A stretch of DNA of 64,000 nucleotides. Source: Paraspadella gotoi. Taxonomy: Eukaryota > Animalia > Chaetognatha. Of the stretch, positions 47,629 to 59,882 are shown piece by piece. A program made the translations under genes and the position numbers. The notes under the pieces were generated by a model. It had not been told where the DNA came from. It searched no databases and was given only the letters and a program-made list of their open reading frames with translations. The stretch's first letter is position 1. The number at the start of each line of letters is the position of its first letter. Location: the NCBI GenBank assembly GCA_051294375.1, contig CM119263.1, positions 24,966,688-25,030,687 of the forward strand, written 5' to 3'.

Positions 47629-50600
47629 ATGGGTACTGATAATTCCGAAGTAAACAAACTCAAAAATCATCTCTCCCTATTACGTGAGGAGTACGTGAAG
47701 CTCCAAGGGAAGCATAATGAATTGGAAAGAAAGTACGCCATCGCCGTCGCAGCCTCTGGTGGAGTCGTCGACGAACAGTCTCCCGATTCGGACTCGTTCG
47801 TCGCTAAACTCCTTAACACTGTTTCAAACCTGTTTGATCAGGAGGACTATTCCGATATTATGATTAAACTTCCTGAGAACAAAGAATTAAAGGGTGAGCT
47901 TTTTAATTTTTTTTTTAAGCAGGGCGATTTTAATTAATTCAGATTCTAACTTTAATTCTTAATGGATTTTTATGACAGGTCACAAGTTCATTCTTGCGGC
48001 GCGGTCGAATGAATGGGGATCAGATGACCTTGCTGTCGCTTCCTCCATTGATTTGTCAGCCTTCAAGACAGACGTCGGCATCACGCTTATGCGCTGGGTC
48101 TACACAGATGTTATTCACATGCCCGATGATGTCATTGACGTCGACGGCTTCACATTGCAATTGATGAAAGCCGCGTCCGTTTTTAAGCTTAACGGTACCG
48201 TTATGAGTGACTGGTCATGTTTTAAATGCATATTCATAAAAATATTTTCACAGCTCTCAGAAATCGTTGCGAAAAATCATTGATGTCATCCATCACTGTG
48301 GCCAACTGCATCCGTTTTTATGAAGTGGCGGACGAAATATCCGCCACAGTGTTACGTGATCACTGCTCAAACCTCATCTCCGCACACTGGAATGACTTCA
48401 CCGCCAAGGATTTCGCGGCCATGGGCGCTCCACTTCTCTTCACTGTGTTCAAGGTTAGGAAAGAGGCGAACTTCTTCGATCTTCTCCCAATCCCGTCTCT
48501 AATTCTAACGCTACTCTTATTTTTTTCTTATTTTTCGCCGCAGTCGAAAACGTCGCATCCTCTCCATCAAGCCATTCGTGCCGAAAGGGAAGACGTTGTT
48601 TTCCTTTTCCTCTTGGAGAACCAGAAACGGCTTCCGGGAATTCTCAACGACGTCGACTCTCGCGGCGACGTTCCGCTCGACCTCGCGTTGCAACTCAAGC
48701 TCGATAGCATTGCCGAATCGCTCATTTCACATGGTTGCGATCTTAACTGCGTCCTGGATCCAACTGGTCAGATTTAGCATTATTTTTCTCGGGTTTTTTT
48801 TTTTTTTTTTTGTCGTTGACTTTTTTTTTTCCTCTAGAAAATCGTCGTTTATTACATCAATCGATCATTCGTGGCGACGAACACGCTGCGACTTTTCTCG
48901 TTAACCATGGTGCCGACGTTAATCTCATAACGTCTCTTGGACACGAAACTCCGCTTCATTTGGCCGCCGCGTTTTTTTCCGAGGGTATTTAAAAAATAAT
49001 AGAATTTGGAATGGCTTTTATTTTGAAATATGGCCAAAAAAATTATCTAATCTCTTTCAGAGGCTTCAAAGACCGCGGGTATGGGTCGCGTCGCGGGACT
49101 CTTGTTATCCAAAGGCGCAAATCCCAATATTTTTGATTCCGCGAACCATCAGACTCCGCTGCACCGCGCCGTCGCCAGCGACAACGAACCCGTCTTTCGA
49201 ACTCTTGTAGTTGACCACAAATCATCTGTGGATCTTGACGCGCGCGACGCCGAGAACCGCGTATCGTTGTGGTTGGCATTAGAGGTCGCTCGCAAACGCT
49301 ATTGTAGCGAGGAAGAGATCGAGGCCGGAAGTTTCGCCGCCTTGTTGGTGGAGAATGGCGCCTCCTCGCAAATTATCCAGGTTTTCCTCTTTAAATTTGA
49401 ATTTTTAGTTTCGACTTGATTTTTATAAATCTGAATTCTACTAGTGTGTACTCTGTAGTAATTCTGTATTTTCTTTTGTAAGGATCTTGGTACAAGCGAC
49501 TCTCTCCTTCACCTGGCCGTTAAATCCTCATTCCAAGCCGGCGCCATGTTCCTCGTCAATCACGGAGCTAATCTAAATCACGTCAACGTTCGTGGAGAGA
49601 GCGCTCTTCACCTCGCCGCCTTCAAGGACATGAGCCTCTTAGTTGAACTCATGCTGCGGAACAAGGCGAATCCAAACCTTCAGACCAAACCGCACGGCGA
49701 TGTCGTTGCGCGCGAAAACCATCGACCGAGAATGACCGAGTCGAAGAAAACGAATGCGAAAAAGAAGAGAGATCCTGATAACCCTTTTGACGAGGACGAA
49801 GATAACGAGGAAGAAAAAAAATTTCATGTCAATCAGATCGAGTACAAAGAAGAATCAAGTTCGTCGGAAGTCTACGGAGAAACGCCCCTTCACGTTGCTA
49901 TCAGGAAAGTTTGGAATAGGGCGTAGTAGTCTCCTTCGTATCTAAATCTAAGTATTATCAATTCGAAATTTATTCGATAAAGGATGCCACCCACCAAGTG
50001 ATTAAGTGATTGATTAAAACTTAAATGAAAATTAAAGAGTGACATGAGAGATATTGAGAGATTACAATATTAAAAAATAACCTGTCGAATTTTTTTTATT
50101 ACAGGCAAAGCAGCGTAAGCGCTATCGAGGTTCTTCTCAGTTGCCGCGCGTCGCCCTCTGATTCTGGTCCTACCATCGACTTCGACCTTTCCGATTCGAA
50201 GGGCCAAACTCCGCTCGGCCTTGCCCTCTGGGCCGGCCTGAGGGACGTCGCCCTGAAGTTGCTGAATTATGGCGCCGACGTTGATCAGTGCGACGCGAAA
50301 GGATTTTCCCTTTTACATCAGGTATTTTTTTAGCCGGATCTGCTTACAGCATATCTCAGCTCTATAATTCACTTTGTCAGTAAATCATTTAGATCATCTC
50401 AGAACATCTATTTATGATAAATTAGGTAAAAAAACGAAGTCCGTCCGTCCGTTCCCCCTTAGCTTTGAACGCCGATTTCTCATGTGTAGAAACCTGACCT
50501 GAAAATTTTGTGTGTGGGTTGAGAAACATGTGATTAAGCTGGAAATAAAGTTTCGATGGAATCGTCCGAGCGGAAAATAGTTTAAGTGGAAAAAACCCAA

Positions 50601-52952
50601 ATAAATTGACCTCGATGTTAAACTGGATTTTTTCTAGGCCATCGAACGAGAAGACGTTATTAGCGCCCTGTTTCTCATCGAACACTCTGCAGATGTACAG
50701 CGTCTTACCGTCGCCGACGGTCGCACTCCATTACAGCTCGCAATCCAGCACTGCCTCGCTGAAGTAGTGGACGGCCTTTGCCTTAACGGTGCCACCCTAA
50801 ACACCCTCGACGCCAACGGCGATTGTCCGCTTTGGCAAGCCCTGGAATCTGGTCAAGAAGACATTGCCTCGATCCTCGTGATCAACGGTTGTGACCTCAA
50901 TATGTGGGGACCAGGGCCAGGGAAATGTCAGCAAACTCTTCTGCACAGGTTAACTACCGGCGTCACCCATTGGAATCCTAACTTTCCCAGCTTATTTCAT
51001 TTTCGTTTTAACAGAGCCATTGACGAGAACAACGAAGCATCCACCTGTTTTCTCATTCGGAGCGGCTGCGACATTGACGCCACAAGACGACCTGGACCGA
51101 ACGGAGAGGGAAGCGAGGAGGCGGCTGATGGGCAGACTCCCCTTCATATGTGCTGCGCTTGGGGTCTAGATCAAGCTGTTCAGACTCTTGTAGAACACAA
51201 CGCCCAGGTTTGTTGAATGAGTTAAAAAATAAAATAATGATACAGTAATGAATTCAAAATATATACTTTTTCTTTAAATGTTATCTGAGTTTGACTGTAA
51301 ATAAAATTGAGTTTAAAATTTTATAATATCAGATTTTGATTTTTTTTTTACTTCAAGGTCAATGCGGTTGATGCTGATGGGAAAACCCCTATTCACATTG
51401 CCATCGAAAATTGTCATCCTGTCATAATATCTCTTCTGATGTCTCATCCTTCTCTTGATCTGACAATTAGAGACAAGGTACGGGAGTTTAAAACAACTGG
51501 CTTCTAAAAAAAATATTTTATGTGTCAAATTACTTTTTATTACAAGACCGGTTTTACTCCTTTTGCCGCCGCCATGACTACTCGCAACAACAAAGCCGCG
51601 AGTGCTATACTTGATCGAAAGCCAGATGCCGCCGAACAACTCGATAAGAAGGGTCGAAACTTTCTCCATATCGCTGTCCAAAAAAGCGACATTGAGAGCG
51701 TTCTCTTTCTTATATCCGTCCAGGTTTTGTTTCTTAGTGTTTTTTGTAGTTTTATTTTCGTTTAGCTATATTTTGTGCGTGTATAGGTTAACGTGAACAG
51801 CGCCATTCAAGACGGATCAAGGACAACTCCTCTTCATATTGCAACCAACACAGGATCAGAAATTATCGTCCGGAACATGATACTAGCTGGTTAGATATAG
51901 AAGCTGAATAATGAACGTTCAATGATTAAACGTTACGTATATTTGGGGAATTTTTCATCAGGTGCCGACATAAATGCTATTGATTCAGAAAAAAAAAACG
52001 CCTTACACCTCGCCTCAAGTGGTGATTATGCCTCCATCTCGTCGGGTAAGTTTTTCATTGATTTGTTATGAAAGTAAACCAAAACAGAATGCGGACTTCT
52101 CTACAAATTTTAATAATATTCATTTAATAATATTCATTTAATAGTTTTGATCCAAGAGGGAATCGATGTGAACGCCTTGGATGACAAACTTAACAACGCC
52201 CTTCACCTGGCGGTCAAAGAAGGAAACATTGGCGTCGTAAGAGTTCTTTTAACTGAATCCAACATTGACGCGGAAGCAGTAAACATGAAAGGTCAAACCC
52301 CTATGCATTGTTTGGGCCAATACGGAAAAGATAACGCCGCCGCAATCTTTGATTTATTTTTGGAATGCATGCCGAAATATCCTCTTGACACTCCTGGTTT
52401 GTTTATATTGAACGAGATTTTACCATCAGGGGATTTGATATACTATTTATTTATTCGTACTCTCACAGACGGGGAAGGAAACACCGTTCTTTTACTCGCG
52501 TATCAAAAAGGCAACACAAATTTGTGCAAATCTGTGGTGCGTTCTGGTGCATGCATGGGAAAAACAAACGCAGCTGGCCTGTCTATTTTCAATTATCCCG
52601 TGGCCACGAAACAGTTGCTGTTCAAATTGTTAGACATGCTTCCCGTAGAACCTCCTTGGGTTACAGGTTAGTAGAATTGGCTTATTTATACGTTATACCT
52701 GATATCTAAACATTCAAATTTAAATATACTTATTACTTAATCGCGAAATTGGTTTCAGAAGGCGACAACTGCCTCGAATGCGGCGCTCGCTTTTCTCTGA
52801 CGACCCGGAAGCATCATTGTCGTCATTGCGGGCGGCTGCTTTGTGCCAAATGTTCAGAAAAAGACATGCCAATCGTTAAATACAATCTTACGAAGCCTGT
52901 TCGCGTTTGTGACACGTGCTTTGACGTCCTAACTCTGGGATCCGCTCTTTGA
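47629..52952 (+). CDS. ANKFY1: Rabankyrin-5 (BTB + ankyrin repeats + FYVE)
   Basis: N-terminal HLSLLREEYVKLQ, BTB (HKFILAARS), many ankyrin repeats (GQTPLHMCCAWGL), C-terminal FYVE (RKHHCRHCGRLLC..VRVCDTC). About 17 exons. Confidence 0.93.
50426..50575. mobile_element. DINE/HINE-like repeat fragment in an ANKFY1 intron
   Basis: GTCCGTCCGTCCG microsatellite followed by CTGAAAATTTTGTGTG, typical of Helentron-associated elements. Confidence 0.4.
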
Positions 52953-53513
52953 TCGTCCTCACGGGGCCCAATAAGCGAATCGCGCCAAATATTTATATCG
53001 CCAAAACTACATTCCTCCAGTCATTGTTTTTTTTCTGTCACGGATTCTATTTTTAGGGGAGATTACATTTTTTTCTTGACGCTTACCGATGTCGCACACA
53101 CCATCTAGTCTCATTTACCTTTGTTTATTAACCCTTCTTTGAAGCAGTTTCTGGTGATGTAACGGAGATTATTATCACATCGTTATTTTTCTTTAACAAC
53201 AGGTTCATTGCTTTTTTCGCTTTCATCAGTAGATAAAATCCTTTGAAGTTACCCATAATGCTGGTTAATTGTCAGCATTCACGATCGTACTTTGAGAGAT
53301 GAAATCAACTAAACCAAATTGTGTCTTCGTTTCTTTATTTGAAACTATTAGCAGTATTTGCTTTTGCAGGTATTTTTTTAAAATCCTATTCATCCACCTA
53401 TTCTACCACTATAGATAGTTTAACGTTATTAGAAATATAACTTTACGGTTTACCGTGTCATTGTTTTTCATTCATCCCTTTTGTTTTGTTAGGTGAGCCT
53501 TCGGTTCTTAGTA

Positions 53514-54485
53514 ATGGCTTCGAGTTCTAAAAGCCGAAATCCAGATACTGCTGCGGACAGTCCAGGCGACACTTTGGAGGCGTTAGCCTTGGCCGAGTTG
53601 CTCGACGAAACGAAACGAGCCGAAGATCGGACTCAGACGATGGGGGCACTCGGTTGGGTCAAACCACCGCCGCAGACGAGCGTAAACAAAAATTTTCTGG
53701 CCAACTCCCTCGTCACCACTCGAAGAGACGTTGCGCCGCCTAAAATTCCGCAAAGCGAACGCCTTCGTCGACTTTCGGTGAGCCCTCCTCTTCCGATGCC
53801 CGGCAGCGGACTCGATCTTAACGCGAGCCTCGAGAGGGAAAAGCGACGAATCGATGAAGCGAGGAAGAGGAGGAGAAGGGAGGAAGAGGAAGAGAGAGAG
53901 AAGGATATCGAACAAAGGAGGCGGGATAGAATAGAGAGGAGAAAAAGGGATCGAAAAGAGGAGTCGCGAAGAAAAAGGAAGAGATCGTCTTCTGGCGAGA
54001 ACCGATCTCTATCTCGTTCAGGGTCTCCGCGACGGCGAAAGACTCGGGACGATTCCCCAAAACGCGACAGTAATCGCTCTATATCTAGCAACGGCCGAGT
54101 AAACGGAAATACTAATCGAGGGACGAAATCGAACGAGCGCGAAGACAATTCTCACGGAAAAGAAGTCATTGGAGATCGTAAAGAAAAGGAGCGCAAGCGA
54201 AAGAGGAAAAAAAATGACACAAACTCCGATTGCGAGGAAGGGCGTAAAACAAATAAGAAACACAAGAAGCACAAAAAGCACAAAAAGAGCAACAGACACA
54301 AATCTCACAGAGAAAAAGAAAAACGCGATGACGATGAAATCGAGGCTAAGGCGGCTGACGTCACAACTCGAACTGTCAGTCCCCATTCTTTATTGGCGAC
54401 TCCCAAACGACCTCCCTCAAAAGATGACGAGATCGCCAATGGAGAAATGCTTTGGAACTCTGTTGATGCCGAAAATCTAAAGTGA
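53514..54485 (+). CDS. POLR1D isoform-2-like protein with an R/K/S-rich low-complexity tail
   Basis: LEALALAELLDETKRAEDRTQTMGALGWVKPP..VNKNFLANSL resembles, from memory, human POLR1D isoform 2 (AIEELLKEAKRGKTRAETMGPMGWMKCP..TNKRFLINTI). Has an RS-like and KKHKKHKK tail. Confidence 0.7.
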   Translation: MASSSKSRNPDTAADSPGDTLEALALAELLDETKRAEDRTQTMGALGWVKPPPQTSVNKNFLANSLVTTRRDVAPPKIPQSERLRRLSVSPPLPMPGSGLDLNASLEREKRRIDEARKRRRREEEEEREKDIEQRRRDRIERRKRDRKEESRRKRKRSSSGENRSLSRSGSPRRRKTRDDSPKRDSNRSISSNGRVNGNTNRGTKSNEREDNSHGKEVIGDRKEKERKRKRKKNDTNSDCEEGRKTNKKHKKHKKHKKSNRHKSHREKEKRDDDEIEAKAADVTTRTVSPHSLLATPKRPPSKDDEIANGEMLWNSVDAENLK

Positions 54486-54728
54486 CTTCAATTTTCTTCT
54501 TGTTGGTCTCATTATGACAGAATAAAAAATAGTTAAGAAAGAAATGCATTATTGAAGTAAAAAACATCTAAAAATTAGTTGTTCAACATTTTACTGAGTT
54601 ATGTTTTATTGAGCCCTGACAGTTTGGCATTTGTTCTGTTGTTTTTGTATCAGTTTCATTAAGTTTTATTTCAATTTTTAGATGCATTGCATAATGTCTA
54701 CTTAGACGCTTGGAGGAATAAACACAAA

Positions 54729-57632
54729 ATGAGTTCAGAATCTGACACCGATTCGTCGCTGACTCACTCCGACCCTCCCACCCCATCGCCGACGGTGAAA
54801 CATTTGGTCCATAAGTTTAATCCTCCCAATCACCCAAATCATGAACGCCTACGCCCTCATCCTCGCTGGTTCTCGGCCGAAGAGGATTTTAAATACGACT
54901 CTACGCTGGCCGTCGCTTTCGCGCCTCCCGCCCTCGTCGCCCTCAGCCTCGTCGGAGAGACAATCCTCGTAGCGCTGGGCCTCGGCGTCCTCCTGTGCCA
55001 CCTTTTGATGGAATCTGGATACGAGAGACGAGCCTTTGCCGTTGCCGTTGCCACCTTTCTTATGGTACAGTTCTCTCTCGTCTTTTCCATCTTTCCTCTG
55101 ATCTGGACGTCTGTCTCGTACGTTCTTTTTCTACTTTTGTTCAACAGCTTCACCGTTTCCTCCGCCCTCTGGTTCTTCCTTCACTTTCGAATCTTTCGCG
55201 CCTACGACCCAGAATTCACTGTTGTCACCGAAAGGCTGTTAATCGGCGTCTTTCCCGCGATCTCGTTGGCGATTCAAAGTTGGACGTTCGCCAGCTTCGC
55301 CTCTGTCACGTTGCTGCCCTACTACGTGCTCGTCGTGGGATTCGTCTTCTCCTCGATCTTTCTTCGAGTTCGGCCGTCGTCCTTCTGCCGAAGGGAGTAT
55401 GAAGACTCGCTGTGTCTACCTCCACTGGCGCTTCCTGCGGAAGCCATCGTAGTCGCATCGGCGTTTTTCGCTCTAATACCAGCATCTGTCTTTCTTCTCG
55501 TCTTCATCTCATCAGGATTATTCAACGATTGGATATTTTACCTGCAATTTTGCTTTTTGCTCAGTGTTGGCATATTTCTCACCGCGACGATTTTTGGCGT
55601 TCAAGATGTTACTTCCTACTTGACCCACTTAAACTTGACAACCTTCCAGGTCCAAATGGTCCGTGGAATTGCTGGTGGGAATTCGTTGCTCTGCGGATAC
55701 CTGTGGCTGGTCAAAGAACTTGGAGGCGGAAGCGTGTGGCTCGCCTGGTTACCGCTGTTCGTTTGTGTGCACGTAGGCGTCGCGGCAGCCGCCAAGCAGC
55801 GCTCGCGTAAAATTGTATTCGTCGCCTGCTTTCTCTTCGTGTTGGCCTACGCAGCGTTCTTCATTCAACTTCCACTGCTTCGACGCGCAGGAGGTCTCCA
55901 TTTCTCACTCGGCGAATTTCGTCTCTCTGCTCGCATCTTGGCGTTTCTAATGTTTCTCTTGGCAATCAGTGGAATGGTAGCATTCGTCCATCTACCGTCG
56001 CTACGAACTCCGGCCAACATTCTTCCCCTCACCTTTCACTCCGCCCTTTTTGCAGTCGTCGAGCTTTGCCTGTTCCATTCGAGACTCTATCCAGTAGCAT
56101 TCGGTCTCGTCAGTTCCTTCGCAGCGATTTTAGCGCATGCGCGCATGATGCATCTGGATTTGGCATCGCGGACCGGAACTTCGGCGAGTCTTGGCATAAT
56201 CTGCGCGAAAACCTACGCTTTAATGATGAGCTTTTTCGGCGAATTCGGGGACATCTTCTCAACCTTCGTCATCGTTTGGTTGGTAACTATGGGCGCCCTG
56301 TGGATACATTCCTGGGTTAAGAGCGATGGTGATAAAAAACTAATACTCACAATACTCGCGGTTTTACAACTCATCATTCATTTCGTCTTCATCCGGCCTC
56401 TATGGTTGATCGCCTTCGATCTGGACATGTCTCTCGGCGATTGCATTTTTGCTCATATCCTAATCGGCGGATTGACGCTGCGCCGCATAGAACCGGAAAA
56501 ATTTTCGCCGCCTCGATACGCTGGAACGATTTTTTTAGCAATCGCCGTCTTTCTCGTCCAACCGAGTTTGGAGCCGAACTTTCATTCTATCTTTTCCTGG
56601 ATTCGTTTGATCGGAATAGCGGGATCGCTTCACTTCTTTCTCTTCGGTGTCGAGCTCGTTTCGCAATCGAGAAATCTTATCCCTTATGCCTACGCGACGG
56701 GAGTGCCGTTGGCCACCGAAGTGCTGTATCGAACCGAAAACAACTTTGTTTTCGACGGTTCATTTTTTCTCTACGGTTTGACATTGGTGATATCCTCTGC
56801 GCTGGTTTTAGGATTGGTCTCTCCGCTGCTTTCTCGGACGAAGGCACAAAACCGATTTTTGGCTTCCGTTGCGCCGAAGCTACTTGCGACTTTGGTTGCG
56901 ACGGTCGTCTTGACGTCAGCGATCGAGAAGAGAAAAACAAAGGCAGCGAGGCGTTGGGATTATGATGGTCTCGTCGCCTACGACGCCCCTTCGATCCTTA
57001 GCGTCGCCGCCATTTTTTTCCCCTTAATAGCAGCTTTGGTAAAGCTTCAGCAAGCGGATAAAGACATGATTGAATCCGGATTGTTCGATAAAAAGCTCAC
57101 CGCGTTCGGTCGGTATTTCAATGCGAAAAATCTGTCAAACTGTCTCGTCGCCATTACCATAATTATTGACGTTTTGATTGTGGACTGGTCACACTTAAAC
57201 CTATTATCCCATCATTTGGTTTATCTAATAGTGGCACTCCATGCCATGTTAATTCAACCAGAAAATGTTATTTTTAAAGCATTACCATTAAATTTAGGCA
57301 GCAGTAAATTTATAATTTTTCTTTCAACATTTTTGTATTGCAGTCTTTGTTCATATTCAGCGATTCGTGAATCGTCATTTTGGCACGCGAAAGGCTCTAT
57401 AAGTGCAATGGTTGGGTTTTGTGAGTTGTCATTTATTACTTTGTCCTTTCCTTTAGTTTTTTTAATATTCTTTTTTGAAAATGGGAAATTTTTATTTGTT
57501 TTACCATGTGCCATCGTGTTATTTTTTCTTTCATCGTCGTCCTGGGCGAAAATTATCTCCCTCGTTGAACTCGGTTCCTTTTTTATTTTTGTTGGTTTTC
57601 CAATGATAATTAATAATTACATGTATCGTTAA
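54729..57632 (+). CDS. Polytopic membrane protein homologous to plant NO EXINE FORMATION 1 (NEF1); intronless
   Basis: FKYDSTLAVAFAPPAL..LVGETILVALGLG, WFFLHFRIFRAYDPEFTVVTERLL and RPSSF parallel the remembered Arabidopsis NEF1 segments FAYNGRIAIALVP..GGTPVVATLTIG, WTSLQFKWLQLENPSIVVALERLL and PRVSSF. Hydrophobic segments run along most of its length. Confidence 0.7.
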   Translation: MSSESDTDSSLTHSDPPTPSPTVKHLVHKFNPPNHPNHERLRPHPRWFSAEEDFKYDSTLAVAFAPPALVALSLVGETILVALGLGVLLCHLLMESGYERRAFAVAVATFLMVQFSLVFSIFPLIWTSVSYVLFLLLFNSFTVSSALWFFLHFRIFRAYDPEFTVVTERLLIGVFPAISLAIQSWTFASFASVTLLPYYVLVVGFVFSSIFLRVRPSSFCRREYEDSLCLPPLALPAEAIVVASAFFALIPASVFLLVFISSGLFNDWIFYLQFCFLLSVGIFLTATIFGVQDVTSYLTHLNLTTFQVQMVRGIAGGNSLLCGYLWLVKELGGGSVWLAWLPLFVCVHVGVAAAAKQRSRKIVFVACFLFVLAYAAFFIQLPLLRRAGGLHFSLGEFRLSARILAFLMFLLAISGMVAFVHLPSLRTPANILPLTFHSALFAVVELCLFHSRLYPVAFGLVSSFAAILAHARMMHLDLASRTGTSASLGIICAKTYALMMSFFGEFGDIFSTFVIVWLVTMGALWIHSWVKSDGDKKLILTILAVLQLIIHFVFIRPLWLIAFDLDMSLGDCIFAHILIGGLTLRRIEPEKFSPPRYAGTIFLAIAVFLVQPSLEPNFHSIFSWIRLIGIAGSLHFFLFGVELVSQSRNLIPYAYATGVPLATEVLYRTENNFVFDGSFFLYGLTLVISSALVLGLVSPLLSRTKAQNRFLASVAPKLLATLVATVVLTSAIEKRKTKAARRWDYDGLVAYDAPSILSVAAIFFPLIAALVKLQQADKDMIESGLFDKKLTAFGRYFNAKNLSNCLVAITIIIDVLIVDWSHLNLLSHHLVYLIVALHAMLIQPENVIFKALPLNLGSSKFIIFLSTFLYCSLCSYSAIRESSFWHAKGSISAMVGFCELSFITLSFPLVFLIFFFENGKFLFVLPCAIVLFFLSSSSWAKIISLVELGSFFIFVGFPMIINNYMYR

Positions 57633-57904
57633 TGTTGTTATAGATGCTTTTAAGTTATGTTTTTATGCGTTTTACATAAAAGGGTAAAAACTGATACTTG
57701 TTATACTTAAAATAAACTTATTATTTAAACAATTTCTTAAGCTAGATATCTTGCTCGATATATGTAGTGTTAATCATTCGTCACATATTTTAGTCAAGCA
57801 GGCTCAGAAAGTAACGAATAAGCAAAAGAGCTTTTTGCTGAATGCGTACCGTCGCTGAAGGCATGGAAATTAGAAAGTAGGCTTGTCCGATGCAGCCCTA
57901 AAAG

Positions 57905-58756
57905 ATGAGCGATATGCCGCCAGGGAAGAACCAGGTTGACCGTCAAGTATTGATGGGTCCCCACGGGGATGTCAAGATGAAGCTTGACAAATCGGCCAAG
58001 ATCCACGATGACGGGGAGAGAATGTGCGACGAAAGTGGATACGAATCGGATCGAAAGTCATCGTCGTCGCCCGGCCTAGTAGAGATGCCGCCGCTATTCG
58101 GTTCGGTGGGACCCCCGGCACCGATCGCTACTCCCTGCTCCGGTCCTTCCCCTATGCAGGCACCTCCAAGTCTGTTACCGCTTCCCGAAACCAAAAACGA
58201 GGAAGGACTTTTTGCCGGGGAATCCTACCTAAAATTTTTGGAACTTCGGTCCCAGAATCAGATGGGATTTTGGAACACCACCAAATCAGGTCCTCTTCCA
58301 CCGGTAGTTCTTCCTCTACCGATTTGCTGCAAGGCATCGCCGCTCGGTCCAAAACAGGTTATTTCGAAACATGACAAATAATTATCTGTGCATATTTTTT
58401 TCATATTGATAATTTGTACATATTGGTTTTAGTGGTTTTACTGATAGTTGTTTCTTGACTCTTCCAATGCTTTTTGTAAGGCAAGAAGATACTCCATTCC
58501 TAAGTACGCCGTCGGTTTCGTCATCGGACCCAACGGTTATCGCATTCAAGCTTCACGCGACGTCAGCGGCGCCAACATCCTCCTCCTCGGAGATCAAGAC
58601 GTTCACCACGCCTACATCGGCGTCTTCGGTACCGAAGAACAGATACACGACGCCGTTTACCTCATGAAGCTCAATATCCTCCGTCACTCGGGGATGTTTA
58701 TTGGCGATATCGACGGCATGTTGAAACTAGTCCCAGATTCGGACCCGATACTGTGA
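57905..58756 (+). CDS. Small single-KH-domain RNA-binding protein
   Basis: Exons 57905-58357 and 58481-58756 (GT-AG, phase 0). KH motif IPKYAVGFVIGPNGYRIQASRDVSGANI..FGTEEQIHDA. Confidence 0.8.
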
Positions 58757-59882
58757 AAGCAACTCCTGTTGAAGATATGTCTCAAAGATGAACAAAATAA
58801 GTGTAGCCTTAGTGTGACGAAGACACTTTAGATTATTTATGTTTCCCGCGAACATATATGTTAATCATTCGTTAATATTTTTCCCCTCGCAATAGAGCAT
58901 GGGCAAAGTTGCAGACGTCAAAATCACCCTTGGCGAAATGATTTTATGATTGATCAAACATTTAAGAGCTTTTATAATTTTAATCATTTTAGACTTAAAT
59001 GGTAGATTGGTTGAGTATTTTCAAATATGAAGCTTTTTCAGATATTTTGAAAATGCGTTTATAACCGAATTGTTAAATTGCTACCTGCCTTCTTACGTTC
59101 AAGGTAAGAAGTCTTGACAAAATTATTAATATTTATTTGTGTGGATCAAAAATTACTATGAACAACTGGATAGTATTTTAGTTGCTATATCGTCTTCGTC
59201 TTCTGATATTTTATTGGTATTTTTTGCATTCTTGAGAGACTGAGTAAATAAACTTCAAAAAGTACTTGTAAACACAGGTAAAACATTTTTTGAAGGTCTG
59301 TGAGAATTTATTTGTATAATAAAAATTAATGTTAGTGATGGTTATTATAGGCTTTTTTGTGGTTTTAAGACATTTTTTAAATTTTTTGATAGTGAGATAT
59401 TTAAATAAAAAAGTCAAATAGTTTAGTTTAAGAGTCCAGAATAGCAGTTATCGCAGAGTTTATAGAATGCTGTCTTTTGATTAGCCTTATCACTTCCGTT
59501 TGGAATAATGGTTTTTAGATCCTCGTCACTTATAAAGCAAACGATTCGGCCATATTTACTTTAAAAATGATTTTATCGAAACGTATTTTTTTAAAATTTA
59601 ATTATTCGGCCTTTATAGCCGTGCAACATTAACAGAAGCGATTGTCTCGACATCATTCCTGTGCCAACAATATTATTATCATATGATAAATGTCAAAGTA
59701 TCATTTATACCTAATTATTACGTCAGATCTTTTGAAACAATTCTCAAATGTATGCAACCAGGATTATTTCGGGCCTTATATGGATAAAATTTTTGTAATA
59801 ATTAAGAAATTAAATTCGAGGTCTCACAAAATATTCTAATTTATTATTATTTATTAAGTCTATAAGTTTTTTTAACCTTTAA

